From the NCBI GenBank assembly GCA_045586595.1, contig JAZNAQ010000022.1:1605-65604 (forward strand): a DNA stretch of 64,000 bases, given 5' to 3'. The stretch's first letter is position 1; every line of letters starts with the position of its first letter. Positions 38,205 through 48,359 of this stretch are shown here, one piece after another. Both the position numbers and the translations under genes were made by a program. The DNA is from Eubacteriales bacterium. GTDB lineage: Bacteria; Bacillota; Clostridia; Oscillospirales; JAAYXM01. Below the pieces are notes generated by a model. That model was given only the letters and a program-made list of their open reading frames with translations, was not told the origin of the DNA and searched no databases.

Positions 38205-39960
38205 ATATATCCTCCACGACGTTGCCGCGAGCATCTATATAGAAGCACTTCGTACCGTACTTTTTAGCACCGTCAACATAATAATAGTCAAAAGCTGTCT
38301 GAGTGTATCCGCTTTTGTTTGTTGCGGTTACCTTTATGAAGTACTGCCCCTGTGGAAGCATATTTATTTCGGTGATAGGAAGTGATACATCCTGCTTGTT
38401 AAGGATGAGATTGCTGAAATTAAAGTCCCTTGCGACCTGTATATCGTATGTGATTTGCTCGGCATCAAAGTCAAACGCGCTCTGGCTTGAAATGATAAGT
38501 TTGTCACCATTCTTTCTCGGCACATCTATATAAAACGGCATAGGTTTTTCAAATGATGCCTTGTACAGTTTGTGGTTCAGTTCAATTTCCGAGGACAAAC
38601 CGTTCACAACCCTGTCATACTGCCCGGAGGTGAGCGGTATGTGGAGAATGTCAGGATAAGAATAAACATACGGTTTTACTATGGCCGCATATCTCTTTGC
38701 AATACTATCTACTTTCTCTTTTGACAGGTAGTTTGTTTTAAGGTCGCTTATTGCATCGTCAAGAGCCTTCCTAAATTTTTCGCTCTTGAGCGCTCTCTGA
38801 AACAGCACGTTACCCCAGTAGTTACTGACGCCCGTTTCCCACTCTGCATAAGAGACCCTGTTCTGCTCAGAATACTCTGTTTTATTCAGCATGCCGTCGT
38901 TATCCCATGATATAAAATACCATTTATCAAGGTTTAACGGGCTGTATATGTATACATTTCGGCTCTGCGTGTCGGCATTACCCGTAAGGATATGGAATGC
39001 CATCCAATAGCTTAGGTTCTCGATGTCGAAATGCTTGTCGAGGATCTCTTCAATAGGCTTTGAAAAATCGTTTACATCCTCAAGCATTTTAATGAGCTTT
39101 TCGTGGTTATCGTTACCTTTTGTTTCTATGAGCTCTTCAAATGCCGCCTCGTTAAATGTCGGGTCCTCCTTCATTTTTATTACATCTTCGTATCTGTAAA
39201 ACTCAAACACATTTATTTTATAAAGGTGTCCGTTTGCATCAAGGCCGTGCGCCTTCAGCGCTTTTTTGTTAAGCTGTTCAACAAAAGTATAGATGCCGTA
39301 ATCGGTAAATTCGTTGTTTCCGCCGACAGTAGTATCCTTTACATACAGATGAACAAATTTCGTACGGAGTGCCATCATCTGCGGAACTCCGGCAATAAGG
39401 TCATATGCCATCTTGTTGCGGAACCTGAGCCCCTCGTTGATGTGCTTATTCAAAGGAATAGAGGTATTCCCCATCCACATTCCTTTGTTGTCCTTAAGGC
39501 TTATCTTATAGTTTTTTACAGACTGACGGCTTGACGTCTGACCGCGGATCTGTATCGTGCAGTTTGGTGAAACCTGACCATAACCGAGTTTTCCGGGAAG
39601 CGGACCTGACTCATCGCCAATCTGCAAAAGTCCCTCAACCTTGTATCTTTCAACGCCCATATCCTCATAGTCGAATACGGAATATGTATTTATCTCGCTC
39701 CAGGTATGGTTTGTTTTTTCGCCTTCGTTGCCTCCTGAAACGGTAAGATACATTGTTACAACGTCTTCGGGTTTATCAACTGTATATAAATCCTTTTTAT
39801 CGCGGAGCTTATATTTTTCATTGTATTCCAAATCAGGCACATAAACACTCTCAGGTGCTTGGGACTCCGTTTCTTCCTCCTGCGGCAAAAAGACAGCGCA
39901 GCCCGACAAAAGGATACTCAATATAGTCAGCAAAGAGATAATTTTTAATGTGTTTTTCAT
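38194..39960 (-). CDS. CotH-family atypical kinase, predicted lipoprotein
   Basis: 588 aa with a lipobox (LLSGC-AV). CotH-like core plus a C-terminal beta-rich (Ig/FN3-like) domain. Its ATG overlaps the pelG TGA (ATGA). Confidence 0.72.
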   Translation of the reverse strand: MKNTLKIISLLTILSILLSGCAVFLPQEEETESQAPESVYVPDLEYNEKYKLRDKKDLYTVDKPEDVVTMYLTVSGGNEGEKTNHTWSEINTYSVFDYEDMGVERYKVEGLLQIGDESGPLPGKLGYGQVSPNCTIQIRGQTSSRQSVKNYKISLKDNKGMWMGNTSIPLNKHINEGLRFRNKMAYDLIAGVPQMMALRTKFVHLYVKDTTVGGNNEFTDYGIYTFVEQLNKKALKAHGLDANGHLYKINVFEFYRYEDVIKMKEDPTFNEAAFEELIETKGNDNHEKLIKMLEDVNDFSKPIEEILDKHFDIENLSYWMAFHILTGNADTQSRNVYIYSPLNLDKWYFISWDNDGMLNKTEYSEQNRVSYAEWETGVSNYWGNVLFQRALKSEKFRKALDDAISDLKTNYLSKEKVDSIAKRYAAIVKPYVYSYPDILHIPLTSGQYDRVVNGLSSEIELNHKLYKASFEKPMPFYIDVPRKNGDKLIISSQSAFDFDAEQITYDIQVARDFNFSNLILNKQDVSLPITEINMLPQGQYFIKVTATNKSGYTQTAFDYYYVDGAKKYGTKCFYIDARGNVVEDIYEG

Positions 39961-41417
39961 TTCTTATCCGCCTCCAGCTTATCTTCAAGAAATACCTTCA
40001 TTTTTCGGAACACTCCCGACTTGTCCTCATTCACAAGCGGTTGAACCGCAAGTATATAGTAAGGCAAGCGTTTTGTGAAATAATCAAGCCTTACAATCGC
40101 CGTTATCACGAAAATCATCGATGCTATTAAAAACCCGAACCCGTAATAAACCTGTGGCAAAAACAGAGATATCACGGAAAGAACAACAGAGCCTGCCGCA
40201 AAAAGCCCCGTTGCAAAAAAAGCACCTTTATAGTCGGTAAAATACAAAAGCATAAGCATCGTCATATTTCCGATGGCGTAAAGCCCGTATCCTACGCACA
40301 GAGTTCTGAAATACCCTCTCATCATTTCGTTGAACCCGAGAGGCAAAATATCAAGCAAGAATCCGCCAGCCGCTATGAACAGCGCTGTACACAAAAGCTG
40401 TTTTATTGCAGTATAGAGCATTTCTGTTTTCAGTGTATCAAGCATTTCTTTTTCTGCCTGAAGAATATCTTTTACAGTGCCCTTATCGTTGTATAGGCTA
40501 TAATGATTTCTATACTTCCCATAAAAATTAACCTCAACCGATACAACAAAGTTTACGGTTGTGATAAGCGTAGTCATAAAAGCAAGAAGTGCAGGAACAT
40601 CGTGTTCCGGAGCACCGTAGAAAAGCCCTTGCACCTTTATGCCTATATCAGAAAACCACATTATCACAAGGTGCGAAAACATTCCGATATTCACAAAAAA
40701 ACCCGACAGTGCAAGATACAAATATTCATCTACCCATTCAAGGAAAACAAATGCGCCGACATCTGATTTTGGAAAATATTTGTGAAGAAGTACTAAATTC
40801 CATATGACCATAACGCCATATCCTACTGTTATGGAAAGAAGAAGCATTTCTATTACATATGTTTTAAAAGCAAACGTCAAAACAAAACCGAGAACAAATA
40901 TCACAAGTATCGCAACAAAATACGAAAGAAAGATTCCTCTATAATCCTTTATGGCTGTGAGATAGCTCATGGCATTCCATACTACTATCATCTCGTTGAA
41001 GAATATAAACATAAGCGCACAGCATAAAAGGTTTGCGCCCGAGAATGCAAGAAACGCCGTCCACAGTACGCTTCCAATTGTCATCATGAGCGCACTGCTT
41101 CCCCAGAACGACGGAAGCACTGCACTCTTTTTTTCTTCATAGAGCATATCTGCGGTAAATCTGGTTATTGTCATTGAGAAGAAGGACGTAACAATAATTG
41201 ACGCGAGTAGCGTATAGGTTATCATGCATATAAGAAGTTCTCTCGACTGGGTTTCTATCCCTGCCCTTTTGCACAAAAACATTATGCCGAGCAACAGAAT
41301 AACACCAAGAAGCATTGGTCCTGAACAAATAACTGTAGCATAACCGTATGCCTTAGCCGAATTGAGTATTCCCTTTTTTTGAAAGAGCTTCTTAAGTTCA
41401 AACCCTATGCCTGCCAA
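39957..41417 (-). CDS. pelG: Pel exopolysaccharide export/polymerisation membrane protein PelG
   Basis: 486 aa, about 12 TM helices. The MAGIGFELKKL N-terminus is characteristic of PelG. Confidence 0.8.
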   Translation of the reverse strand: MAGIGFELKKLFQKKGILNSAKAYGYATVICSGPMLLGVILLLGIMFLCKRAGIETQSRELLICMITYTLLASIIVTSFFSMTITRFTADMLYEEKKSAVLPSFWGSSALMMTIGSVLWTAFLAFSGANLLCCALMFIFFNEMIVVWNAMSYLTAIKDYRGIFLSYFVAILVIFVLGFVLTFAFKTYVIEMLLLSITVGYGVMVIWNLVLLHKYFPKSDVGAFVFLEWVDEYLYLALSGFFVNIGMFSHLVIMWFSDIGIKVQGLFYGAPEHDVPALLAFMTTLITTVNFVVSVEVNFYGKYRNHYSLYNDKGTVKDILQAEKEMLDTLKTEMLYTAIKQLLCTALFIAAGGFLLDILPLGFNEMMRGYFRTLCVGYGLYAIGNMTMLMLLYFTDYKGAFFATGLFAAGSVVLSVISLFLPQVYYGFGFLIASMIFVITAIVRLDYFTKRLPYYILAVQPLVNEDKSGVFRKMKVFLEDKLEADKK

Positions 41418-42835
41418 CCTTCTTCTACCTCCTTGTAAAGATTTCTGTATTTGCCAAGCATTATCGCATATCGGTAATACTCATATGCTCTCTTTTTGGC
41501 AATTTCTCCCATTTTGAGTCTCAACTGTCTCGACTCACACATAACTTCCATTCGGTCAGCGAGCTTTTCTCTCTGCATAGGCGGAACGCAATATCCCGCT
41601 ACACCGAAAGTGTCTTCAGGGCTTCCTTCCAGTAGTTCCCTGCAACAACCGACATCGGTGGTTACGCACGGCCTTCCTGCGGCAAACGACTCGAGCACAG
41701 ACAGCGGCTGACCTTCAGAAATACTCGTAAGTATTGTAAAGTCAAGCTTTTCAAAATATTTGACAACATCAACTCTTCCCGGCATTATGACCTTGTCATC
41801 TATACCCAGCTGTGTAATCAGATCTCTGCATTCTGCCGCATATTCCTCGTCGTCCACGCCACCCATTATGTGCAATCTGACGTTATCCATTCGGGTAGAC
41901 AGCTCAAAAAAGGAATAGATCATCGTTTTGATATCCTTGATCGGCGCAAATCTGACAACTGCCCCGATATCAACATATCCGTCATCTTCTTTTAGCGGTA
42001 TGTCGCAGAATCGCTCATAGCTTATGCCGTTTTCTATAACATAGCATTTAGTCTCATCACAGCCCATTTCCACCTGCGTTGCCTTGGCACGCGTAAAAAG
42101 TGATGTAACACGAAACGCACGGCCATATATAAGGTCAGAAAGCATATAAAAGAATTTAACCCACTGACCTTTAAATGCCTTCTCAACCCATTTTGCTCTT
42201 ATTATTTCCTCTTCTCTTTCTCGGGTATATATGCCGTGTTCGGTCAAGAGAACAGGTTTTTTCTTGGCATATCCGCCAAGGCTTGCGAGCAACCCGCCGT
42301 ACCCGGTTGAAATAGCGTGATAGCAGTCCGCCTCAGGCACCTCTGCGCCCATAAGATACAAAACGGGCAAAAGTCTTGAGCGCACCGAATGGAACGCATC
42401 TGAAAAAGCGGTGTATGGAAACTCCGCTTTACATATTTCTATGAGAGTTTTCAAAAAGTGTTCACTCTTCAAATAGCTCATCGGGTTTATTTTCTTTGTA
42501 TGGTACATATTAAAGAGCAAATCCCAGTCGGGTTTGTCAGAAAAAACGAGTCGTCTGAGAGCCTCGTTTTCCTTTTCTGAAAAGGTATGGTTAAATACCT
42601 TGTTAGGTTTAACCTTCAGGGCATCATCAAGAAATACCTGACGCACTTCCACAACATTTTCGGGAAGCTTATATGCAAACTTGTCCTTATCCTCGGATTT
42701 TGCGCCGATAACCCAAAGAACAAATTCGTGTTCGGGCATCTCCGTTATATATTGGTGTGCCCAGGTGGACACGCCGCCGTTTATAAAAGGGTAACACCCT
42801 TCAAGAACCATACAAATTCTCATCGTTTTCACCAA
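41405..42835 (-). CDS. pelF: Pel glycosyltransferase PelF (GT4)
   Basis: 476 aa. EGCYPFINGGVSTW at the N-terminus and the GT4 E-x7-E region (SISEGQPLSVLESFAAGRP). Confidence 0.8.
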   Translation of the reverse strand: MVKTMRICMVLEGCYPFINGGVSTWAHQYITEMPEHEFVLWVIGAKSEDKDKFAYKLPENVVEVRQVFLDDALKVKPNKVFNHTFSEKENEALRRLVFSDKPDWDLLFNMYHTKKINPMSYLKSEHFLKTLIEICKAEFPYTAFSDAFHSVRSRLLPVLYLMGAEVPEADCYHAISTGYGGLLASLGGYAKKKPVLLTEHGIYTREREEEIIRAKWVEKAFKGQWVKFFYMLSDLIYGRAFRVTSLFTRAKATQVEMGCDETKCYVIENGISYERFCDIPLKEDDGYVDIGAVVRFAPIKDIKTMIYSFFELSTRMDNVRLHIMGGVDDEEYAAECRDLITQLGIDDKVIMPGRVDVVKYFEKLDFTILTSISEGQPLSVLESFAAGRPCVTTDVGCCRELLEGSPEDTFGVAGYCVPPMQREKLADRMEVMCESRQLRLKMGEIAKKRAYEYYRYAIMLGKYRNLYKEVEEGWQA

Positions 42836-42838
42836 ACA

Positions 42839-44689
42839 CTACTTCAGATTAATTGTTACCGTTTCTTCTTCCGCACAGAGCAGATATAAGTTTCCCGTAA
42901 GATGAGAAAAACTTCCGCCTTCTACGCTTTCATATTCACCTTCATTGAAGCGGACAAAGAAGTATCCCTCATCATAAAAATTGCCGATTTTAAGCACGAG
43001 TTTGTCTTCTGTGTGCTCCTTTTCTACAGTAATTGCCGCATATCTCTGCACCGCCGCAGAAGTTTCAGAGCCTGTGAAGTTTCTGATTGTCGGCGCCGAT
43101 GTGTAGAGATAGTTTAGATATTTATCAAAGCTTACAGAAAGACTTCTCCAACCCTTTTCCGCCCCTCGCTCTGGGTCAAGCGCATCGTCAGGGTGTGTAA
43201 AGTGGCTGTTTACAAAGTGCATATTAAGCTCAGACACAAGTGCAAGCTCCATAAACGGGGTAAGCTCGCAGCTTGATATAATTCGCGGCTGATACACTCT
43301 GCCGTCGGGCAGAACGTCAAACTCCTGTGTACATCCGAATTTAAAATCGCCGTCCGGGAAATATATCCCCGATATCGTCTTTATGTGTGGATATGTACTG
43401 AACAAAAACTCTTCGCCAACCTTGGACATAATGTTTGATGGCGGAACATATAGCGACACATCAACACCGGGAAAAAGCCTTTCGCAAAGGTCTACAAGCG
43501 AGTCAAACGCACTTTTCATTGCCCACTTACTTTCCCACGTTTTATAGTCGTACAGATCTCCATAATCACATTCGCTCATACAGAGAGGCTGATGGTTATA
43601 TCCGTGGTATCCAACCTCGCCGCCCTGTCGGAGAAGCATATTTCCAAAGTTCAAAAACGTGCCCTCGTCAGGCTCTGACGGGGTTGTTCCGTCAACATTG
43701 TCATCATATCCCGTAATCGCAAGTCCCGTGTATTTTATACCGTACTTATCTGCGAAGTCCATCATTGCAGGCCACCAGATGTTGACGTAAAAATCTCTTG
43801 TTGTCGCCCCGAAATCACGCATTATATACTCATTACTGCCCTGCGGAATCTGCGACGGAAAGTCGTCGAGATAGAAGGTTGATGCATTTATAACCGGATA
43901 AACGGATATATCATCGAGCAAGCTGAAGGATGCAGCATAGAATCCGCGCGTAACCTTTTCACAAAGGCCTAAGTTATTTACAACAAACTTACCTTCTCCG
44001 TGTTTTGTTTCCCATATAAGCGGGGTGCGGCTTTCATTGTCAATCCATGCATGAACTTTCGCTCTCTGTTCATCAAGTCGAACCTCCCAAACTGAATCGT
44101 ATCCGTCCTCAACAACAAAGCCTCTGCCGCCACCAACCATAAATCCATCTTCAATATATATGCTTTCAAGATGTGCATTTTCCCACGATGCTTCCATGAT
44201 ACCGAGTGAGCTTTCAAGCACAGATACATATATATCTCTCTGAAGTGTAAGCGCAAACAAAACTTTTCCGCCAGCATACACCCAATCACTCAGGCTAATA
44301 ATATTTTCTCCTATCGGAGACAAACTGCCCAAGAGAATGACTACCTTATCATACTTTGACAAGTCCGGAAATGCACATTTTGACAAATCAGCGATGTCAT
44401 ATCCCACTTTCATATCCGACAGGATTAGAGGAAATTCATCAAGGGCTTCTTTGCTTTCAGGCTGACTCGTGTCGCACAGAACAAGTGTGTTTTTGGCAAG
44501 CGTCTCATTTGCCTGCCTCTTGGTAACAATATTCGAAGTTTCTAAAAGCTGAAGGTCGGGCTTGTTATAATTATATTGAATTCCGCTTCGCTCAACAAAA
44601 AGAACTACTGCCATAAGCGCAAACATCAAGATAACTACAAGCATGCCGTTATATCTGAATTTTAAAAATCTTTCTTTCAATCTTTCCAA
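42839..44689 (-). CDS. PelA-like polysaccharide deacetylase-type protein (DUF2194-like), membrane anchored
   Basis: 616 aa with an N-terminal TM helix and CE4-like motifs (YLDDFP, GYHGYNH). It sits between pelE-like and pelF, as in Gram-positive pel operons. Confidence 0.5.
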   Translation of the reverse strand: MERLKERFLKFRYNGMLVVILMFALMAVVLFVERSGIQYNYNKPDLQLLETSNIVTKRQANETLAKNTLVLCDTSQPESKEALDEFPLILSDMKVGYDIADLSKCAFPDLSKYDKVVILLGSLSPIGENIISLSDWVYAGGKVLFALTLQRDIYVSVLESSLGIMEASWENAHLESIYIEDGFMVGGGRGFVVEDGYDSVWEVRLDEQRAKVHAWIDNESRTPLIWETKHGEGKFVVNNLGLCEKVTRGFYAASFSLLDDISVYPVINASTFYLDDFPSQIPQGSNEYIMRDFGATTRDFYVNIWWPAMMDFADKYGIKYTGLAITGYDDNVDGTTPSEPDEGTFLNFGNMLLRQGGEVGYHGYNHQPLCMSECDYGDLYDYKTWESKWAMKSAFDSLVDLCERLFPGVDVSLYVPPSNIMSKVGEEFLFSTYPHIKTISGIYFPDGDFKFGCTQEFDVLPDGRVYQPRIISSCELTPFMELALVSELNMHFVNSHFTHPDDALDPERGAEKGWRSLSVSFDKYLNYLYTSAPTIRNFTGSETSAAVQRYAAITVEKEHTEDKLVLKIGNFYDEGYFFVRFNEGEYESVEGGSFSHLTGNLYLLCAEEETVTINLK

Positions 44690-45564
44690 AATGCTATAGC
44701 CTCCTTCACTCGTCTGGAAACAAACATTTTCTTGGACTGTATGTCAGAAATAAGCGCTTTTATTTTATCGGCCTGCTTAAGCTGAGAATAGTATTTAAGC
44801 TTAAGCAAAATGATTTCTTCATAATCTCCGTATCGCTCATCTGCCTCTGCAAGTATCTTGCCTGCAATACTGTAATTCCCAAGTGCAAACTCATTTTCGA
44901 AGTAATGCATGTAGTCTTCAAATGTTTTTACGTATCCAAGCTTTTTTGAAATGAGCTGCGAATATAGGTTTCTGTTCATAACCTCAACCTGACCGGAGAG
45001 AAGCTTCTGCTCAAGCACCTCCCATAAAAAGTCGCAGTAGCTGGAAAGAACATTGATATCATCGGGGTTTTCTTCATATTGCTTGCTGAATCTTTGAAGG
45101 GCTTCATCGTTTTCATTTGAGATTTCAACCATTGCCGTAACAGCATAATGAACAACCTCAGGGTCCTCGTTGTTTCCCGCTTTTTGCAGAAATTCAACAT
45201 ATTCCGCCGGATTATCGTTAAGAACATCCATTATTATCTCGCGGCGGACTTTGGGGGAGTTTATAATAAGAGCTTCTTCGATTGCCACAAGCGAGTCATC
45301 GTTTTTCTTTTCTTCAACTGCTATACCCTTGTAAAGTGCAGAATCAAGTTTCATCTTCTGCACCCCTACCGCTATCGTGTCGTCTTTTTCAAACACTACC
45401 TGGAAATGAAGAAACATAACCGCCATAAATCCCCAGAAAGGAAGGCATAGCACCACAAAAAACATATATTTATGGACTTTTAGAAACTTAAACCGAGTAC
45501 CAAGGAACGTAAAAATGCATAAAAGGATATGTATGAAAATCAAAACAGCAGCCAAATAATTCAT
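44677..45564 (-). CDS. PelE-like membrane-anchored helical-repeat protein
   Basis: 295 aa with 2 N-terminal TM helices and a TPR-like helical region. Assignment rests mainly on position between pelD and the pelA-like gene. Confidence 0.45.
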   Translation of the reverse strand: MNYLAAVLIFIHILLCIFTFLGTRFKFLKVHKYMFFVVLCLPFWGFMAVMFLHFQVVFEKDDTIAVGVQKMKLDSALYKGIAVEEKKNDDSLVAIEEALIINSPKVRREIIMDVLNDNPAEYVEFLQKAGNNEDPEVVHYAVTAMVEISNENDEALQRFSKQYEENPDDINVLSSYCDFLWEVLEQKLLSGQVEVMNRNLYSQLISKKLGYVKTFEDYMHYFENEFALGNYSIAGKILAEADERYGDYEEIILLKLKYYSQLKQADKIKALISDIQSKKMFVSRRVKEAIAFWKD

Positions 45565-45578
45565 ACATACCCCTCCTT

Positions 45579-48359
45579 TTATCTTATATTTATTTCTATA
45601 TCAAGACCTTCAAACCTTGGCAGAATATACTGCAAATCGCTCTTGGTCGCTTGCGACAAAAGAATCCCGAGCTTCCCGTCTTCAACCTCGCCCTGAATAT
45701 CATTTGCGCGGATTTTGCCGGCCAGCATCGCATCGACTTCCTGATATGAGTGCCCTTTTGCATCAACTTCTATAAACTCGTATGTAAACACTTTTCGCTC
45801 TGCCATACTCTTGAAGTTTGTGTGAATCTTATCAAACTCTTCTCTGTTCAGAATATGAGTATCTCGTATGTACTGACTTTCATATAAATGCTGGTTATAG
45901 TCATACGCTCTGAGAAGTGATATCTCAACGAGATCGCGCAGTATCTTAAACAGGTTTACATAGTAAAGCGAATTCTGCTCCGGCTTCACATGCCATATAA
46001 AGATCAAAAGCTCAAGCTTTTCTCGTCGCCACACGCCTGCCGCATACATTGGCAAATTCGGCAGAAATTCTGTATTTCTCCAGATTTCGTCCTTTTTAAT
46101 CTTGTCAAGAATCGGCTTGTATGTATCAAGAGATATCGATCTTGAAACCTCGCTCAATATATCTCTTGACGCTACCTCAAGCCTCCCGAACGCGCTCTTT
46201 TCGTTTATTGAATACACGCTCAGGCACTTGTTTTCAAGTGTATCCTCGAATGTATCCATAATCTTGAGGTAAAGCCTGTGCGGTTCAACTGTATCCAATT
46301 GTCTCGTAACATCAAATATTTTGCCAAAGCTGTCTTTTGAACCTATAATCTGCTTCTTAAGATCACGCTTTTCACCGAATGTATCCTGATAAAGTTCACG
46401 CGTAAACTCAAGCTTTTCTTCGAGAAGACCAATCTGTTCATTCCCGAATTTTATTTTATCATCCTTGGCAAGACGGATATATCCCGAAACCGCTCCAACG
46501 AGAAAGTAATAAACAAACGCAAACCAGTTTGACGGCTCGTAGAATATGGTAAGCCAGCTTGTTCCGGAAAGAACCTTTGCAACAAACCAAGCAACCGACG
46601 AAAGACCTGCCGCCATAAGTCCCGAATAAAGGCCGTGAACAGTTGCAACTATCACAATAAACGCCATTCTGAAATCAACGATCGCAAAAATTACCGACGA
46701 ACCTGTTGCCAAATTCAAAAGCTCTGTTACAATGAACATAAGCGCAATCTCTACGGCCTTTATGACAGGAGTATGCTCGCTCATCCATTTTTTTACTTTG
46801 CTCCTAAAGTCTGTGGCTTTGATGTTTTTTGCAACAAGATAGTTTTCATATTCCTCTTCAAGGTCATCTATAATTGATATTCTTGAAAACCAACCGTATT
46901 CGTTCCGAAGGGCAGTGTTTTTCATTTCCAGTAGCGCGCCTTCATCTTCGCCTGTAAACTTAACATAAAGGCCAGGCCAAAAGCCAGAGATTCGTTTCAT
47001 TACATCTCCAAATGTAATGTTGAACTCATCCCCTACATTAAGAGTTCCTACTCCCTCCTGCCAGTTCTCGATGAAACGAGCAACCAAAACCGAAACATCG
47101 TGCATCGAAATAAAGATTGCTCTTGAGCCTTCAATCTCCTTTAATGTAACAATTCCCGTTTCCATTTCTGAGAAAATGCCATTCAAAAAGTCGCCCTCAA
47201 GTATTCCGCTGTATAGATGAGGAATTCTCACTATCTTTATGTCAACACCAAAATGCTTCGTGTAAAATTCACACAAATTTTCCTTTGACAGTGTAATTAC
47301 ACTTATATCCTTTTTATTTGAGTACGCACCGTCAAGGGATGAGAAATATATAACTTTTGCGCCTTTCTGATATTTCGCAGTGTAGCTTAAAACTTCTCTC
47401 AGTTTTTCTGTGTCAGGCTCTGCTTTCGAGCGATATGTAAGCTCTCTTGCAAAAAAAAGCACAATGTCAAAATCGTATGTTTCAAATATTCTTTCATAAG
47501 GAATTTGTTTTCCGTTATACACCTTAACTCTGCCCTTGGATTTGAGATGTGTTTCACCGGCAATAATGATGTTGTTGTTCTCAAAAGTGTCTTCAATAAA
47601 TTTTTCCGTAATGTATCCGGTGTTTCCTATGAGCAGGATTCGTTTTGTTACAAGTGTGTTCGGTTCTGTAACGATTCTGTTTTTATTGGCAAGCTGCTCT
47701 CTTATTTCCAAAAGGTCGTTGTTGTTGACAACGTTAAGCAAGCACTCAACAAGAAAATCATCAAACACGCCACTCATGCCGTTCGCAATCATTTCTATTG
47801 CAACATCCTGTGAGAAAGCGTCTTTATAGCTTCTTGTGCTTGTGAGTGCATCAAAAGAGTCCGCTATCGAAACAACGCGCGCAGAGATGGGAATTTCTTC
47901 ACCTCTTAAGCCGTTGGGATATCCTGTTCCGTCTATTCTCTCGTGGTGGTATTTTGCAATATCCTTTGCATGTTTTATGATTTGCTCATCAATGCCCGAT
48001 GATATTTCATCAATCATCTCATGCCCTAAAACAGTGTGCTTTTTGACTATATCATACTCTATCGGAGAAAGCTTTCCCGGAAAATTAAGGATACTTTCAG
48101 GTATTCTACTCTTTCCTATATCATGAAGCGAGGATGCTATGGATATAAATCTTATGTCTTCTTCTGACAATGAGTACTTATCCGTTACGTTATTAAGCTC
48201 ACGAAGCATAAGCTCAGTGAGCATTCTGACGTGATAAATATGAAATCCCGCTTCACCGTTTAACATCTCAGGTATATTATCACTTGAAATATCAACTACT
48301 TCGAGATGTTTTTCGTCAGTTTCAGTATTCAGCACAAGAAGAGATTTTACTGATGCCAT
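45579..48359 (-). CDS. pelD: PelD-like c-di-GMP receptor fused to N-terminal HD-GYP and SDR/epimerase-like domains
   Basis: 926 aa. HD-GYP (HDIGK...HHERIDGTGYPNGL), then Rossmann LLIGNTGYIT, then 4 TM helices, then a GAF-like domain. The C-terminal degenerate GGDEF has an intact I-site (RAND, five residues, then EDGKL in place of GGDEF). Confidence 0.6.
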   Translation of the reverse strand: MASVKSLLVLNTETDEKHLEVVDISSDNIPEMLNGEAGFHIYHVRMLTELMLRELNNVTDKYSLSEEDIRFISIASSLHDIGKSRIPESILNFPGKLSPIEYDIVKKHTVLGHEMIDEISSGIDEQIIKHAKDIAKYHHERIDGTGYPNGLRGEEIPISARVVSIADSFDALTSTRSYKDAFSQDVAIEMIANGMSGVFDDFLVECLLNVVNNNDLLEIREQLANKNRIVTEPNTLVTKRILLIGNTGYITEKFIEDTFENNNIIIAGETHLKSKGRVKVYNGKQIPYERIFETYDFDIVLFFARELTYRSKAEPDTEKLREVLSYTAKYQKGAKVIYFSSLDGAYSNKKDISVITLSKENLCEFYTKHFGVDIKIVRIPHLYSGILEGDFLNGIFSEMETGIVTLKEIEGSRAIFISMHDVSVLVARFIENWQEGVGTLNVGDEFNITFGDVMKRISGFWPGLYVKFTGEDEGALLEMKNTALRNEYGWFSRISIIDDLEEEYENYLVAKNIKATDFRSKVKKWMSEHTPVIKAVEIALMFIVTELLNLATGSSVIFAIVDFRMAFIVIVATVHGLYSGLMAAGLSSVAWFVAKVLSGTSWLTIFYEPSNWFAFVYYFLVGAVSGYIRLAKDDKIKFGNEQIGLLEEKLEFTRELYQDTFGEKRDLKKQIIGSKDSFGKIFDVTRQLDTVEPHRLYLKIMDTFEDTLENKCLSVYSINEKSAFGRLEVASRDILSEVSRSISLDTYKPILDKIKKDEIWRNTEFLPNLPMYAAGVWRREKLELLIFIWHVKPEQNSLYYVNLFKILRDLVEISLLRAYDYNQHLYESQYIRDTHILNREEFDKIHTNFKSMAERKVFTYEFIEVDAKGHSYQEVDAMLAGKIRANDIQGEVEDGKLGILLSQATKSDLQYILPRFEGLDIEINIR

